NCBI GenBank assembly: GCA_037130335.1
Contig: JBAXTD010000003.1
Span: 1-44,849 of the forward strand
Origin: a bacterium
Lineage (GTDB): Bacteria; Patescibacteriota; Minisyncoccia; Phycocordibacterales; UBA9973
Direction: 5' to 3'
DNA length: 44,849 nucleotides
A program made the translations under genes and the position numbers. Positions 1 through 10,757 of this stretch are shown piece after piece. Numbering within the stretch: the stretch's first letter is position 1; every line of letters begins with the position of its first letter. The notes under the pieces are model-generated. The model searched no databases. It was not told the origin of the DNA and worked only from the letters and a program-made list of their open reading frames with translations.

Positions 1-875
1 GATTTTCCAATCCAATTTTTTTGAACTTCTTTTATGTTTTCTGGCCAATCAAGTCCATTCAAATCATTGATTAAACGATCACCATATGCCGTAATGCGCA
101 TAAACCACTGTCGCATTGATTTTTTTTCTACCGGGTATCCGCCACGTTCAGAGATTGGACCTTCAGGACTTTCGACGATTTCATCATTGGCGAGCACTGT
201 TCCCAAATGTGGACACCAATTTACTTCTGAGTGTCCTTCATACGCGAGACGATAGTGCATGAGTATTGATTGCTGTGCAATTTCATCCATCGCCTTCCAT
301 TCTTTAGCAGAAAAAATTTCATCGTAATTTGTAAACGCATTCGCACCTGCGTTTCCTTTTTTCTCAAATGTTTTTATGAGATCAGCAATCGGTTGTGCTT
401 TATTTTTTGTTGTATCAAAATATGAATTATAAATTTTGAGAAACATTGATTGCGTCCATTTATAAAATTCTGGATCAGTCGTGTCTACTTTACGTGACCA
501 ATCATACGAGAGACCAATCAAATCCAATTGTTTTTTGAATGTCTTTGCATTTATCTCAACCGCTTTTTTGGGATGTACTTTATTGGCAATTGCATATTGT
601 TCTGCTGGCAATCCAAATGCATCCCATCCCATTGGATGAAGCACATTGAATCCTTGCATACGTTTCTGGCGTGCAATTACATCTGAGGCAATATATCCGC
701 GAGGGTGTCCCACATGAAGTCCCGCACCAGAAGGATATGGAAACATATCGAGCACGTAAAATGGTTTTTTGCCTTTAGCATTTTTTGCAGACAATGTTTT
801 GTAGATATTTTTTGTGTCCCATTCTTTCTGCCATTTTTTTTCAATTTTATTATGATCGTATTCTTTCATTGTCAT
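1..875 (-). CDS. leuS: Leucine--tRNA ligase, N-terminal part (runs off the window edge)
   Basis: Hand translation from ATG 875 (or 869): [16 protein letters not shown]...[23 protein letters not shown]...[16 protein letters not shown]...[16 protein letters not shown], with the HIGH-type motif and LeuRS signatures. Absent from the ORF track because its stop lies outside the window. Confidence 0.97.
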   Translation of the reverse strand, partial: MTMKEYDHNKIEKKWQKEWDTKNIYKTLSAKNAKGKKPFYVLDMFPYPSGAGLHVGHPRGYIASDVIARQKRMQGFNVLHPMGWDAFGLPAEQYAIANKVHPKKAVEINAKTFKKQLDLIGLSYDWSRKVDTTDPEFYKWTQSMFLKIYNSYFDTTKNKAQPIADLIKTFEKKGNAGANAFTNYDEIFSAKEWKAMDEIAQQSILMHYRLAYEGHSEVNWCPHLGTVLANDEIVESPEGPISERGGYPVEKKSMRQWFMRITAYGDRLINDLNGLDWPENIKEVQKNWIGK

Positions 876-884
876 ACGCTATAT

Positions 885-1442
885 TTACGAGACTTTGTCA
901 CCAAATTTTTTAATCGCAACCCATATCAAAATTCCAAGTGCCATTGCAAGAATAATAACTTTAAAAAGATTGTTTGCATCACTCCAGTATCGAACAGACG
1001 CAACGAGAAGCGAGAGTACTCCACCCCACGAAAACGCTGGTGCAAGAATTTGGTTTACAAAAAACGCACCAAGCGCAAGTGAAATAATTCCAAAAACTAC
1101 AAGAATAATAAATACACTACGATCATAACTTTTTACTGCAGCATTATATTGTAATTGATGTGTGTAATTCGCATCACAGTATCCTGTTGGCATATCCGCT
1201 TTTTGATTTGGAACATATGAATCTGTCCATTGTCCTCCAACGTTTAGACAATCGTCTTTGTTGTTTATTTGAGTTACGACTTGTGTAGGTTTGATGTAAT
1301 CATCGTATTGTGGAGCTTTGTATACGAGAGAAATCGTATAATTAAAAAATAAATTCAGAACTATGACAATAGCAATGATTATTGCGGTGCGTACAAAACC
1401 TCCTTTCATTTTTGAAACTTTTTGTTCTATTTCTGTTGTCAT
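885..1442 (-). CDS. Hypothetical integral membrane protein (about 4 TM, Cys pair in an extracellular loop)
   Basis: 185 aa; one N-terminal and three C-terminal hydrophobic segments; 9 nt upstream of leuS on the same strand. Confidence 0.8.
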   Translation of the reverse strand: MTTEIEQKVSKMKGGFVRTAIIIAIVIVLNLFFNYTISLVYKAPQYDDYIKPTQVVTQINNKDDCLNVGGQWTDSYVPNQKADMPTGYCDANYTHQLQYNAAVKSYDRSVFIILVVFGIISLALGAFFVNQILAPAFSWGGVLSLLVASVRYWSDANNLFKVIILAMALGILIWVAIKKFGDKVS

Positions 1443-1510
1443 ATATAGATATAATTATTGATTAATAAGATATACTCATAGTATAATACATAAAGCACTT
1501 ATTCAACACC

Positions 1511-1660
1511 ATGCATTTATTTTTACATCCAACAGAAGAACAAGAAAACGACATCGAACATGGCTCGCTCGAACCCCAACATGTCGAATACGTCACTTCA
1601 GCTATCCGTGAACTTGGTAAACACATCAGTGAACTTTCTCGACAAGAAATTGCTGAATAA
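1511..1660 (+). CDS. Small acidic hypothetical protein (49 aa), below the ORF-track cutoff
   Basis: MHLFLHPTEEQENDIEHGSLEPQHVEYVTSAIRELGKHISELSRQEIAE*; fills the intergenic gap, has TATAAT about 25 nt upstream, and its stop abuts the convergent tsaC stop. Confidence 0.55.
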   Translation: MHLFLHPTEEQENDIEHGSLEPQHVEYVTSAIRELGKHISELSRQEIAE

Positions 1661-2206
1661 TTAATCTCGAAGTACTTTGATACCTTTGTCTGTCAAAAAA
1701 ATAATTTTTGATGGCTTTGAATCAAGCATCCCGCCTGAAATATAAAAATCCATATCAGAACCAAAATAATCTTTGGCTTCTGCGATCGTGTGTGATGGAA
1801 TCATTCCTTGCGGATTTGCAGACGGTGCTACAAGCGGTCCAGTCTCTTTAATAAATTCGAGAACTTTTTTCTTTTTTGGAAAACGAAATGCGAGAGAATT
1901 TTTACCGCGATGCAGGTATTCAAACTTTTTTGATTTACATGGCAAAATAACCGATACGGGTCCAGGCCACACTTCGGCAAGTAATTCTTTTTGTTTTTTG
2001 TTTAATACAATCCCAAATTTTTTGATATCTGCAATACTTGAAATAAGTACAATAAATGGTTTGCCTTTGCTTCTGCCTTTTGCTGTATAAATTCTCTCAA
2101 CTGCTTTTTTGGAAAAAGCATCACCGACGATACCATACAAAGTATCTGTCGGAAAAACCCCAATTCCATCTTTTTTTATTACCGTTATTTCCTTTTCGTG
2201 TACCAT
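1661..2206 (-). CDS. tsaC: L-threonylcarbamoyladenylate synthase (Sua5/YrdC/TsaC)
   Basis: FPTDTLYGI, KGR..KP, WPGPVSVIL, APSANPQG motifs. Confidence 0.95.
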   Translation of the reverse strand: MVHEKEITVIKKDGIGVFPTDTLYGIVGDAFSKKAVERIYTAKGRSKGKPFIVLISSIADIKKFGIVLNKKQKELLAEVWPGPVSVILPCKSKKFEYLHRGKNSLAFRFPKKKKVLEFIKETGPLVAPSANPQGMIPSHTIAEAKDYFGSDMDFYISGGMLDSKPSKIIFLTDKGIKVLRD

Positions 2207-2240
2207 ATTTTTATACTAGCATACAAATTAAATAAAAAAA

Positions 2241-2275
2241 TTGCCAAACGTTTTTCTACGAAAAACGTTTGGCAA
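2241..2275 (-). terminator. Rho-independent terminator of the 2279-2839 gene
   Basis: Perfect inverted repeat ttgccaaacgtttttc-tac-gaaaaacgtttggcaa followed by a T-run on the minus strand. Confidence 0.85.
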
Positions 2276-2278
2276 TAA

Positions 2279-2839
2279 CTATTTTTTGGATTCCTTATTG
2301 GAAATAATCTTTCGGTTGTAAATCAATTCTTTGATTACATCAATAGGAAAATTTTCAATCCAAAACCCATCATTTCTACCCAAAATATTTCCCATCTTAT
2401 CTTTATTGTAATACAAATAGATAATCTGACCTCCTCTAATTACAAAATAATAATATGGTGATACGGCAATAAATATACGAGAATCCTTTTTTCTGTTCTC
2501 AGGAAAAATTATCCATCCACCAGACTTGAGATGAATTTTTACAAAATGTTTTTTTCCTTCTGAAGGAAATTTATATTTTTTATAAAAATCGTCCACATAT
2601 TTAGGCAAATCCTCGGCAATAAATTTTTTGTCTGCAACCAAATCAATATGCAAAAATTCCATACTTGAGGTATATTTAAATCCTTCAAGTATCGGTATTC
2701 CAAAAAGCGATGTATCAACCTTTATTGCATTTTCTTGGTCATACCGATCGGAATTTTTAAATCCCGAAATCGTCGATTTTTTCTGAGAAAAAGAAACATA
2801 AAAGGAAACTAAAAACGGTAACAATATGAGTTTTTTCAT
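2279..2839 (-). CDS. Hypothetical secreted protein
   Basis: Signal peptide MKKLILLPFLVSFYVSFSQ; has its own promoter and terminator. Confidence 0.75.
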   Translation of the reverse strand: MKKLILLPFLVSFYVSFSQKKSTISGFKNSDRYDQENAIKVDTSLFGIPILEGFKYTSSMEFLHIDLVADKKFIAEDLPKYVDDFYKKYKFPSEGKKHFVKIHLKSGGWIIFPENRKKDSRIFIAVSPYYYFVIRGGQIIYLYYNKDKMGNILGRNDGFWIENFPIDVIKELIYNRKIISNKESKK

Positions 2840-2857
2840 GCTAAATAATTTTTCTTA

Positions 2858-2886
2858 TTTATAGCATGAAAATATTAATGTGTCAA
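2858..2886 (-). promoter_or_regulatory. Sigma70-type promoter
   Basis: TTGACA-17-TATAAA on the minus strand, 18 nt upstream of ATG 2839. Confidence 0.7.
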
Positions 2887-2887
2887 A

Positions 2888-4000
2888 CTAAATTTTGAAT
2901 TCTATGACATCCCCATCTTTCACTACATATTCCTTTCCTTCGGTACGAACTTTGCCTTTTAATCGTGCTTCGCCATACGAACCAGCATTCAAAAGTTCCT
3001 GCCAATTAATTACCTCTGCACGAATAAATTTTTCTTTGAAATCAGTGTGAATTGCCATTCCTGCTACCGGCGCCGTGCTACCTTTTTTGATTGTCCATGC
3101 GCGAGTTTCCTCTACACCTGTCGTAAAATATGTTTCAAGACCGAGAAGTTTATATGCTTCTACGATAAGCTTATTGATACCGTTATCTCCCCCTCCCATC
3201 TCTGCACGAAACATTTCTTTTTCATCACCTTCAAAATCTTTGAGTTCATCTTCAATCTTTGCATCGAGTACGACGTATCCTGCACCCGTAGAAGTGATGT
3301 AATCTGTAAGGTCTTTAAAAAGTTCGGGGTGTGATTCATCCAAATTTTTTGCACCAGCACGTTTGTTGAGCCCATAGAGAATTGGTTTGAAAGTGAGCAA
3401 TCCAAGTTGTTGCACTTTTGGAATTTCTTTTTCTTCGAACACAATCGTGTTCACCATTTTTTCTACCTCAAGAGCTTCGATGATTTTTTTTAAAGCACCT
3501 TCCTCGATCACAGCTTCCTTTTCGCCGCGCTTTGCATCACGAGCGACGTTGTTCATACGTTTTGTAACAGTATCGAGATCGGCAAGGAGAAGTTCGTAAT
3601 TAATTACTTTGATATCGCGAAGTGGATCAATGTCGCCATACACGTGTAAAATTTCGTTTCCATTTCCACCTTTGATTGGAAAGATTCGAATCATTTCAAA
3701 AATAGCATCAGTCTCGCGAATGTTTGCAAGAAATTTATTTCCCAATCCTTCACCTTTGGATGCACCAGCAACGAGACCTGCAATATCGACGAATTCAATC
3801 GCCGCAGGAATCGTTCGTTTTGTTTTAGAAAACTCAGCGAGTTTATGAAGGCGTTCATCAGGCACTCCAACGATTCCGACCGATGGGTCAATCGTACAAA
3901 ATGGATAATTTTCAGCAGGCACACCCTTTTTGGTAAGCGCATTAAAGAGAGTCGACTTTCCGACGTTTGGCAGACCTACGATTCCGATAGATAATGACAT
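2888..4000 (-). CDS. ychF: Ribosome-binding ATPase YchF
   Basis: GIVGLPNVGKST, NYPFCTIDP, DIAGLV.GAS.GEGLGNKFL, C-terminal TGS (EGKEYVVKDGD). Confidence 0.98.
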   Translation of the reverse strand: MSLSIGIVGLPNVGKSTLFNALTKKGVPAENYPFCTIDPSVGIVGVPDERLHKLAEFSKTKRTIPAAIEFVDIAGLVAGASKGEGLGNKFLANIRETDAIFEMIRIFPIKGGNGNEILHVYGDIDPLRDIKVINYELLLADLDTVTKRMNNVARDAKRGEKEAVIEEGALKKIIEALEVEKMVNTIVFEEKEIPKVQQLGLLTFKPILYGLNKRAGAKNLDESHPELFKDLTDYITSTGAGYVVLDAKIEDELKDFEGDEKEMFRAEMGGGDNGINKLIVEAYKLLGLETYFTTGVEETRAWTIKKGSTAPVAGMAIHTDFKEKFIRAEVINWQELLNAGSYGEARLKGKVRTEGKEYVVKDGDVIEFKI

Positions 4001-4058
4001 ACAAAGATACTAGCAAAAATATGGATATTTTCCAACACGTAAAGCTTATTCTGATATT

Positions 4059-7000
4059 TTATTTATCATTCAATATTATTTTATTTACAGCACTGATCGT
4101 AACTGGACCAAAGAATCCAATTGATGGTTTGATGCTATTTGCTTTTTGAAATTTAGTAAGCGCGGATCTGGTTTTTGCACCAAAGTAATTGTTTTCTTTT
4201 CCTTTTGAACCAGCACCTGAAGTTGCAATAACAAATCCATGAGTATTCAAAAATATTTGCAATTGTTTTATTTCAGGATTATTGTCACCCAATTTATATG
4301 ATTTGGTAAATATAAAATGATTAGGTGTTGCTTTGACTGCTGTAATTATTGGTGGATGTGCACTACTACGTCTTGTAACTGATATACCTCCCCCACCGCT
4401 ACTAATAATTACGATTGGACAGCTAGATGTTGTAAATGTTGCATCAGTACTTGTACCAGTACCTGCAGAATTTGTGGCGTACGATTGGAAATGGTATGTG
4501 GTTCCGCACGTGAGACCACTTAATGATGCAGTAAACGAACCAACAGAGAATGATCCTGATGCAGTAGTACTTGCAGTATAACTTGAAGTAAGTCCGTAAT
4601 TGAATCCCCGAGTTGCTGGGTTTTCTCCTCCAGTTGCTGTAATGTCTCCGTTTAGAGTTGCCGTGGTGGTGGTAATGTTTGTAGCATCAGTAGTGTCTAC
4701 AATTGACACAGTAGGACACGCGAGTGTTGTAAATGTTGCATCGACTGAACTCGATGTTAACGAACCGATAGTTGATACAATACTGTAATGATATGTTGTA
4801 CCTCCACATGCAAGTCCACCAAAAGTCACCGTGTGATTCATAACGAGAGAAGAATCAATTGTTGTAGAAGCAGTATATCCACTTGTGAGACCGTATCGTA
4901 CTTGGCTAGTTGCCGCCTGGTCAGTAACCCATGTAATTGTAGCCGTTGAAGCAGTTGAAGTTGCAACTACTGAATGTGGCAATGTTGGTGCAGAAATCAT
5001 CACACGTGTACTTGTACCAGTACTTGCTACAGCAGCAAAAAGTCCAAGTGAAGGAGACCACGTAACCGAGTTCCATTGATTTGATGCGGCTTGTGTCTGC
5101 CCTGTCCAATTAATACCGTTATTACTACTCATTACAAGATTACCAGAACCAGACGCTGCAACAGCAACGAATTGACCAGCCTCAGGAGACCACACAACAG
5201 AACTCCATGCATTATCTGCATATGAAGTACGAGATGTCCATGTTATTCCATCTGAAGAAGTCATTACACGATTACCAGTACCCGAGTTTGCAACAGCAAC
5301 AAATAAATTGAGTGCTGGTGACCACGTAACCGAAGTCCAACTATTTATCGGAATTCCCGTCCCTGAATTCCATGTAGTACCATTACTACTTGTCATTACA
5401 TCAGCACCGCTTCCAGTACTTCCTACTGCAACAAAGAGTCCGAGTTCATGAGACCACACAACAGAGCTCCAACTATTGTTTGGAGTTGTTTGTATTGTCC
5501 ATGTACTACCATCTGTTGAACTCATCGCACGATTTGCAGAACCATTACTTGAAACTGCAACAAAAAGATTTAGATCAGGTGAATATGCAACCGAAGTCCA
5601 TTGGTTTGTAGCAGCAGCATTGTGAAATGTCCAATTGATTCCATCGGGACTTGTCATCACTCGATTGTTTGCTCCAGTATCAGATGAGGCAACGGCTACA
5701 AATAAACCTGTACTACTCGAAGTTTGTGCCCATGTAATCGAACTCCAAAAATAATTTGTTGATCCTGGATTACGAACAGTCCAATTTGTTCCATCGGGTG
5801 ATGTCATAACACTATGACCTCCCGTACTGCTATATGACACAGCAGAAAAAAGTCCAAGCGTTGGAGACCAAGTTGTTGAAACCCATTGCTCTTGGTTAAC
5901 ACCAACGGCATCGGTTTGCAATGTCCAATTTGTTCCATCGGGTGATGTCATAATATTTGCTCCTTGTGTAGCACTCGAAACTGCAACAAAAAGATTTTTT
6001 TCTGGAGACCATGTTACAGAAACCCATGCAATATCAACAGCCGCGCGGTGTGATACCCATGTTACACCATCAGCAGATGTCATAACACGAGTTCCTATTC
6101 CTGTTCCTGCTGTGGCAACAAACATACCTGAGATATGAGTAGTCGGATCAACGGCAGTGGGAGACCATACTATAGAATTCCACTGGTTTGTGGCAGCAGA
6201 AGTTCTATTTGTCCACACAGTACCACTAGTAGAAGTAATAATACCGTTAGATTGTCCGCCAAATGATACTGCTGCAAAAAGATTTTTTTGTGGTGACCAA
6301 GCAACCGAAACCCATCCAAATGCCGATGGTGTACGCAATGTCCAATTAAACCCATCTGGTGATGTCATAATACGAGATGTTCCAGATAATGCTCCGGCGA
6401 CAAACATTCCGGTTGTAGTTGCTGTTGGATTTGCAGTTGGAGACCATGTTATTGTTGCCCAGTTATTATCAGCTGGAGTATTTCCGAGTGTCCAAGTAAC
6501 ACCATCAGAACTTGTCATTACTCTATGACCAGTACCAAGGTTTGCCACAGCAACAAAAAGATTTTTTTCTGGAGCCCAAACAACTGATTTCCAACTCGTA
6601 CCAGCCACAACATTTGAATGAACTGTCCAATTGAGACCATCAGGAGAAGTCGCAACATCAGCAGTACTTCCAACAGCAACAAAAAGTCCAGTACCACCGA
6701 GACCATCTCCATTCGGAGCACTCGCTGCCCAAATCACAGAATACCAAGATGTTCCAATTGTCGCTGGGTTATTTGTCCAGTTTACTGCATCAGGCGATGA
6801 AGCAATATGTCCGCCAGCCCCCTGAGAAACTGATACAAAAATATTATTTTTAGCAGACCAAGCAATAGAACTCCATGAGTACCCAGTCGGCTCTCCCACA
6901 TTAGTAGTGTCAACAGAGGTCCATGTTTGAACTGCAGATGTACACGCAGAAGTTGTAAATGTTAAATCAGGTGAACTCGCTCCTGTTCCAATTGAATTAA

Positions 7001-9662
7001 TTGCATACGCTTGATAGTGGTATACGGTGTTACAAAAAAGTCCGCTGAGGTCGGTTGTAAATGTTCCCACACCAAATGTTCCAGTTGCGGTTGTTGTATT
7101 TCCATATAAACTTGTAAGTCCCCAATTGAAACCCTGAGTAGTTGCATTTTCTCCACCAGTTACAGTTATAGAACCATTAAGAGTAGCCGATGTTTGTGTA
7201 ATATTTGATGCAGCAGATGCCGTAACAGTTGGTGTTGAATTACAAGCCCCAGAAGTTGTTGTAAATGTATAATCGCTTGAAAAAGTACTATATCCAGCAT
7301 ATGAAGAAATCGTTTGAAAATGATACGTTGTGTTACATGTAAGTCCAGAAATACTAACACTGTGATTTGTTATGAGTGAAGAATCCAGAGTTGTTGAAGA
7401 CCCATAACTCGATGTTAAACCATACTGTACCTGACTTGTTGCAGCTTCATCAGTATTCCACGTAACAGTTGCTGAAATCGATGTCGAAGTAGCTGTAGTT
7501 GAGCCTATAATTGGAGAGGTTGGACTAGACATTGCCATATCTGCAAGTGAGGCATTCGAAAGACTATTTAATCCATAGTTTGCAACTGCGACAATAATTC
7601 CAAGTTCAGGAGACCATGTAACTGATTTCCACCAAATCGCAGGAGCGTTTGTACTTACCGTCCAATTAGTTCCATCAGGAGAAGTCATTACAGTATTTTG
7701 TGTATTTACACCTCCGTTATTTCCAACTGCTACAAAAAGGGATAATGAAGGAGACCATACAACAGACATCCAGTTGTTATCTACTGGATTTGTTCGAGTA
7801 GTCCAGTTCACACCATTAGAACTTGTCATAACACGAGTGCTTGTGCCCGAGGAAGCTACTGCAGCAAATAAATTTAAATCCGGTGACCATGTGACAGATG
7901 TCCAATTATTAAGAGCAGAAGCAGTTTGAGCAGTCCAATTAGTTCCATCAGGAGAAGTCATAACACGATTACCCCCACCACCTGAAGCTGAAGCAACCGC
8001 AACAAAAAGAGACAGGCTTGGAGACCATGTCACAGATGACCATGTACTATTTATTGGATTATGTCGTATTGTCCATGTTGCTCCATCTGAAGAAGTCATA
8101 ATCCCATTTCCTGTTGAAGTCTCACCGACCGCAACAAAAAGATGGAGCTCGTGCGACCATACAATAGAGTTCCACGGTTCATCATATGCAGATGTTTGAG
8201 TGGTCCAATTTATTCCATCTGGACTTGTCATAACACGAGTACCGGTACCCGAGGAAGCTACAGCTGCAAAAAGTGAGAGGTCAGGAGACCATGTGACAGA
8301 TGTCCAATTATTAAGAGCTGCTGCCGTACGTGCAGTCCAATTATTTCCATCTGGAGAAGTCATAACTTGATTAGTAATTGGCGCACTACTACTTGCAACA
8401 GCCACAAACAAACCTTGTCCGCCAAGTCCGTTTGGAGCAGTAGCTGCCCAGACCACACTACTCCAAGCACTATCTACTGGAAGCGGTGCATTCGGAGCGG
8501 TATGTTGTGTCCAGGTTACACCATCTGAACTAGAAATATATTCATTATTATTTGTATAATTAAAAGCAACAAAAATTCCAACGGTCGGCGACCACACTAC
8601 ACTGACATAGTTTTCTGCATAATTTGCATCAAAACTTTCTGAACGAAAAGTCCAAGTTACTCCGTTTGGACTTGTTTCCACTTCTCGTCCATTGCCACTC
8701 GAAGCTCCAACCAAAACAAACAAACCTTGTCCACCAGAACCGTTTGGGGCATTTGCCGCCCACGTCACGTCGTACCAATTATTTGTAATGCCAGCAGTGT
8801 TACGAAGTGTCCAGGTAACACCATCTGGACTTGTCATAACTCCATTTGAACTCGCTGCGCTTGAATTAGCGGCCACAAACAAACCTTGTCCGCCAGAACC
8901 GTTTGAAGCTGTGGATGCCCATGTAACCCCATTCCATCCACCTGTATTACTGGCGTGAAGTGTCCACGTAATACCATCGGGGCTCGTCATAACTCCATTT
9001 GTTGTACTATTTGAGTCAGATACTGCCACAAAAAGACCTTGTCCGCCGAGTCCGTTTGGAGTAGTAGAACCCCATGTCACATCAATCCATCCCTGTTGAG
9101 ATGCTGCTATTCTACCTGTCCAATTTATTCCATCCGGACTTGTCGCAACTTGATCTCCATTAGTTGAACCATATCCTCCACCAACTGCAACAAAAAGTCC
9201 TTGTCCACCAGAACCGTTTGGGGCAGTAGCTGCCCAAACTACTGATATAGATGAGGAAATTGGCCCATTGCGAGAAGTCCACGTTATACCGTCGGGTGAG
9301 GTAGCGTATCCATTATGCACTCCATCATGACCAACAGCCACAAAAAGATGTAATGAAGGTGACCAATCAACCTGATTCCATCCACCACCAATAGACGACT
9401 GTATCGTCCATGTCAAACCATCAGGACTCGTCATTATATTTCCATAACTTCCCACTGTAACAAAAAGACCGGAACCCCCAGATCCATTTGGAGCAGTTGC
9501 TGCCCATACACTACCCGCCCAACCGTTAACACCGCTTGATTTCGTATATGTAGGAGTTTCATGTAATTTCCACGTCGGAAGCGTACCAGCAAAAGCACTC
9601 TGCGGAACAAAAAGCGCGCAGACAAAAAATAAAAACAGGGCGAATGTAAGTTTTTTTACCAT
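4059..9662 (-). CDS. Large secreted surface protein: two blocks of BNR/Asp-box-like beta-propeller repeats, Fn3/Ig-like domains and a C-terminal peptidoglycan-binding domain
   Basis: Signal peptide (likely start MVKK at 9662); many WxSVxWSPxLxLFVAV...VMTSPDGxxWT repeats; four Fn3-like units (e.g. TWxTD..ATSQVxYGLT...GLxCxTTYH); C-terminal IKQLQIFLN.HGF...YFGAKTRSALTKFQ. Confidence 0.85.
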   Translation of the reverse strand: MVKKLTFALFLFFVCALFVPQSAFAGTLPTWKLHETPTYTKSSGVNGWAGSVWAATAPNGSGGSGLFVTVGSYGNIMTSPDGLTWTIQSSIGGGWNQVDWSPSLHLFVAVGHDGVHNGYATSPDGITWTSRNGPISSSISVVWAATAPNGSGGQGLFVAVGGGYGSTNGDQVATSPDGINWTGRIAASQQGWIDVTWGSTTPNGLGGQGLFVAVSDSNSTTNGVMTSPDGITWTLHASNTGGWNGVTWASTASNGSGGQGLFVAANSSAASSNGVMTSPDGVTWTLRNTAGITNNWYDVTWAANAPNGSGGQGLFVLVGASSGNGREVETSPNGVTWTFRSESFDANYAENYVSVVWSPTVGIFVAFNYTNNNEYISSSDGVTWTQHTAPNAPLPVDSAWSSVVWAATAPNGLGGQGLFVAVASSSAPITNQVMTSPDGNNWTARTAAALNNWTSVTWSPDLSLFAAVASSGTGTRVMTSPDGINWTTQTSAYDEPWNSIVWSHELHLFVAVGETSTGNGIMTSSDGATWTIRHNPINSTWSSVTWSPSLSLFVAVASASGGGGNRVMTSPDGTNWTAQTASALNNWTSVTWSPDLNLFAAVASSGTSTRVMTSSNGVNWTTRTNPVDNNWMSVVWSPSLSLFVAVGNNGGVNTQNTVMTSPDGTNWTVSTNAPAIWWKSVTWSPELGIIVAVANYGLNSLSNASLADMAMSSPTSPIIGSTTATSTSISATVTWNTDEAATSQVQYGLTSSYGSSTTLDSSLITNHSVSISGLTCNTTYHFQTISSYAGYSTFSSDYTFTTTSGACNSTPTVTASAASNITQTSATLNGSITVTGGENATTQGFNWGLTSLYGNTTTATGTFGVGTFTTDLSGLFCNTVYHYQAYAINSIGTGASSPDLTFTTSACTSAVQTWTSVDTTNVGEPTGYSWSSIAWSAKNNIFVSVSQGAGGHIASSPDAVNWTNNPATIGTSWYSVIWAASAPNGDGLGGTGLFVAVGSTADVATSPDGLNWTVHSNVVAGTSWKSVVWAPEKNLFVAVANLGTGHRVMTSSDGVTWTLGNTPADNNWATITWSPTANPTATTTGMFVAGALSGTSRIMTSPDGFNWTLRTPSAFGWVSVAWSPQKNLFAAVSFGGQSNGIITSTSGTVWTNRTSAATNQWNSIVWSPTAVDPTTHISGMFVATAGTGIGTRVMTSADGVTWVSHRAAVDIAWVSVTWSPEKNLFVAVSSATQGANIMTSPDGTNWTLQTDAVGVNQEQWVSTTWSPTLGLFSAVSYSSTGGHSVMTSPDGTNWTVRNPGSTNYFWSSITWAQTSSSTGLFVAVASSDTGANNRVMTSPDGINWTFHNAAATNQWTSVAYSPDLNLFVAVSSNGSANRAMSSTDGSTWTIQTTPNNSWSSVVWSHELGLFVAVGSTGSGADVMTSSNGTTWNSGTGIPINSWTSVTWSPALNLFVAVANSGTGNRVMTSSDGITWTSRTSYADNAWSSVVWSPEAGQFVAVAASGSGNLVMSSNNGINWTGQTQAASNQWNSVTWSPSLGLFAAVASTGTSTRVMISAPTLPHSVVATSTASTATITWVTDQAATSQVRYGLTSGYTASTTIDSSLVMNHTVTFGGLACGGTTYHYSIVSTIGSLTSSSVDATFTTLACPTVSIVDTTDATNITTTTATLNGDITATGGENPATRGFNYGLTSSYTASTTASGSFSVGSFTASLSGLTCGTTYHFQSYATNSAGTGTSTDATFTTSSCPIVIISSGGGGISVTRRSSAHPPIITAVKATPNHFIFTKSYKLGDNNPEIKQLQIFLNTHGFVIATSGAGSKGKENNYFGAKTRSALTKFQKANSIKPSIGFFGPVTISAVNKIILNDK

Positions 9663-9715
9663 ATCGATATTATTTAAATATAACACACTCTGTCATATAA
9701 ATATCTGTGTAAAAA

Positions 9716-10417
9716 CTACTGGAGATCAATACTTTTAATTACAACTGGAGTTATTGGTCGATCGTTTGAATCAGTTTTTGTATTTTCGATTGCAGTTACG
9801 ATATCCATTCCTTTTGTTACTTTTCCAAATACCACATGCTTTCCATCGAGGAAATTATTTGCTGCAGTGTTTATAAAAAACTGACTACCATTTGTGTTTG
9901 GTCCAGCGTTTGCCATAGAAATAGTTCCAATATCATTATGATTAGCTGCAGTTAATTCATCTGCAAATTTATATCCTGGTCCTCCTGTACCCCACAATGC
10001 TTTTTGAGAATCGTCTTTGGTAAGTGGATCACCACCTTGAATCATAAATCCTTTAATCACACGATGAAATTTAACGTTGTCATAAAATCCACTTTTTGCG
10101 AGCTTCACAAAATTAGCGACAGTATTTGGAACACCGTCTTTTTGAAATTCGATTGTAATATCGCCCATAGTTGTGTGTACTGTTGCATTCATATATTTTT
10201 TATTTGTATCTGTAATACTTTTAGTTGTTGTCGACGTTAATATTGACTGTTGCGTTGTTGTTGAAATTTCGCTTGTAGAATTTGTTATGGGAACTTCAAG
10301 CGATGAAACCTTACTTGATGAATCAATTGGTGCTGTTTGTCCCTGCGAAAAATACCACAAACCACCAACCACCAGAACAGTAACAAGAATTGTAATTGAA
10401 ATAAGCGTCTTAGACAT
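9716..10417 (-). CDS. Membrane-anchored cyclophilin-type peptidyl-prolyl isomerase
   Basis: [40 protein letters not shown]; N-terminal TM; likely start MSKTL at 10417. Confidence 0.95.
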   Translation of the reverse strand: MSKTLISITILVTVLVVGGLWYFSQGQTAPIDSSSKVSSLEVPITNSTSEISTTTQQSILTSTTTKSITDTNKKYMNATVHTTMGDITIEFQKDGVPNTVANFVKLAKSGFYDNVKFHRVIKGFMIQGGDPLTKDDSQKALWGTGGPGYKFADELTAANHNDIGTISMANAGPNTNGSQFFINTAANNFLDGKHVVFGKVTKGMDIVTAIENTKTDSNDRPITPVVIKSIDLQ

Positions 10418-10421
10418 AGTA

Positions 10422-10739
10422 TTATTGTTGACCCATTGATCCACCCAATAATTGTAACAACGGCATCAAATCTTCACGGTGTTTTGTAATTTTGTCTTTG
10501 TATTTAGTCATCACGGCCATCATTGCGTATTGTTCTGGTGTGCCTGATTTTTTCTTTTCCTCGATTTCTTTTTGGATATTTTCAAAAAGTTCTTTGAGTT
10601 CCTTGTTTTCTTCAAGTTTTTTTAACTTTTCTGCCAGCTCAGGATTTGAAACCAATTGATCGGCAATTTGTTCTGCTTGATCCTTTGAAACACCCTTTGC
10701 CTGTAATGCTTTTTTTATTAAAAATGTTTTTATAGACAT
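10422..10739 (-). CDS. Hypothetical small helical protein
   Basis: Charged helical ORF; likely start MSIKTF at 10739; 4 nt upstream of the cyclophilin. Confidence 0.75.
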   Translation of the reverse strand: MSIKTFLIKKALQAKGVSKDQAEQIADQLVSNPELAEKLKKLEENKELKELFENIQKEIEEKKKSGTPEQYAMMAVMTKYKDKITKHREDLMPLLQLLGGSMGQQ

Positions 10740-10757
10740 ATGGTGATAGTAGCACAA

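Noticed and set aside
34-1128. Plus-strand ORFs 34-255, 705-1082 and 895-1128
   Set aside because: Antisense to leuS and the adjacent membrane protein
4059-9686. Repetitive DNA as a CRISPR array or DGR-like repeats
   Set aside because: The repeats are degenerate, in-frame protein repeats; there is no constant repeat/unique spacer pattern and no cas or reverse transcriptase gene
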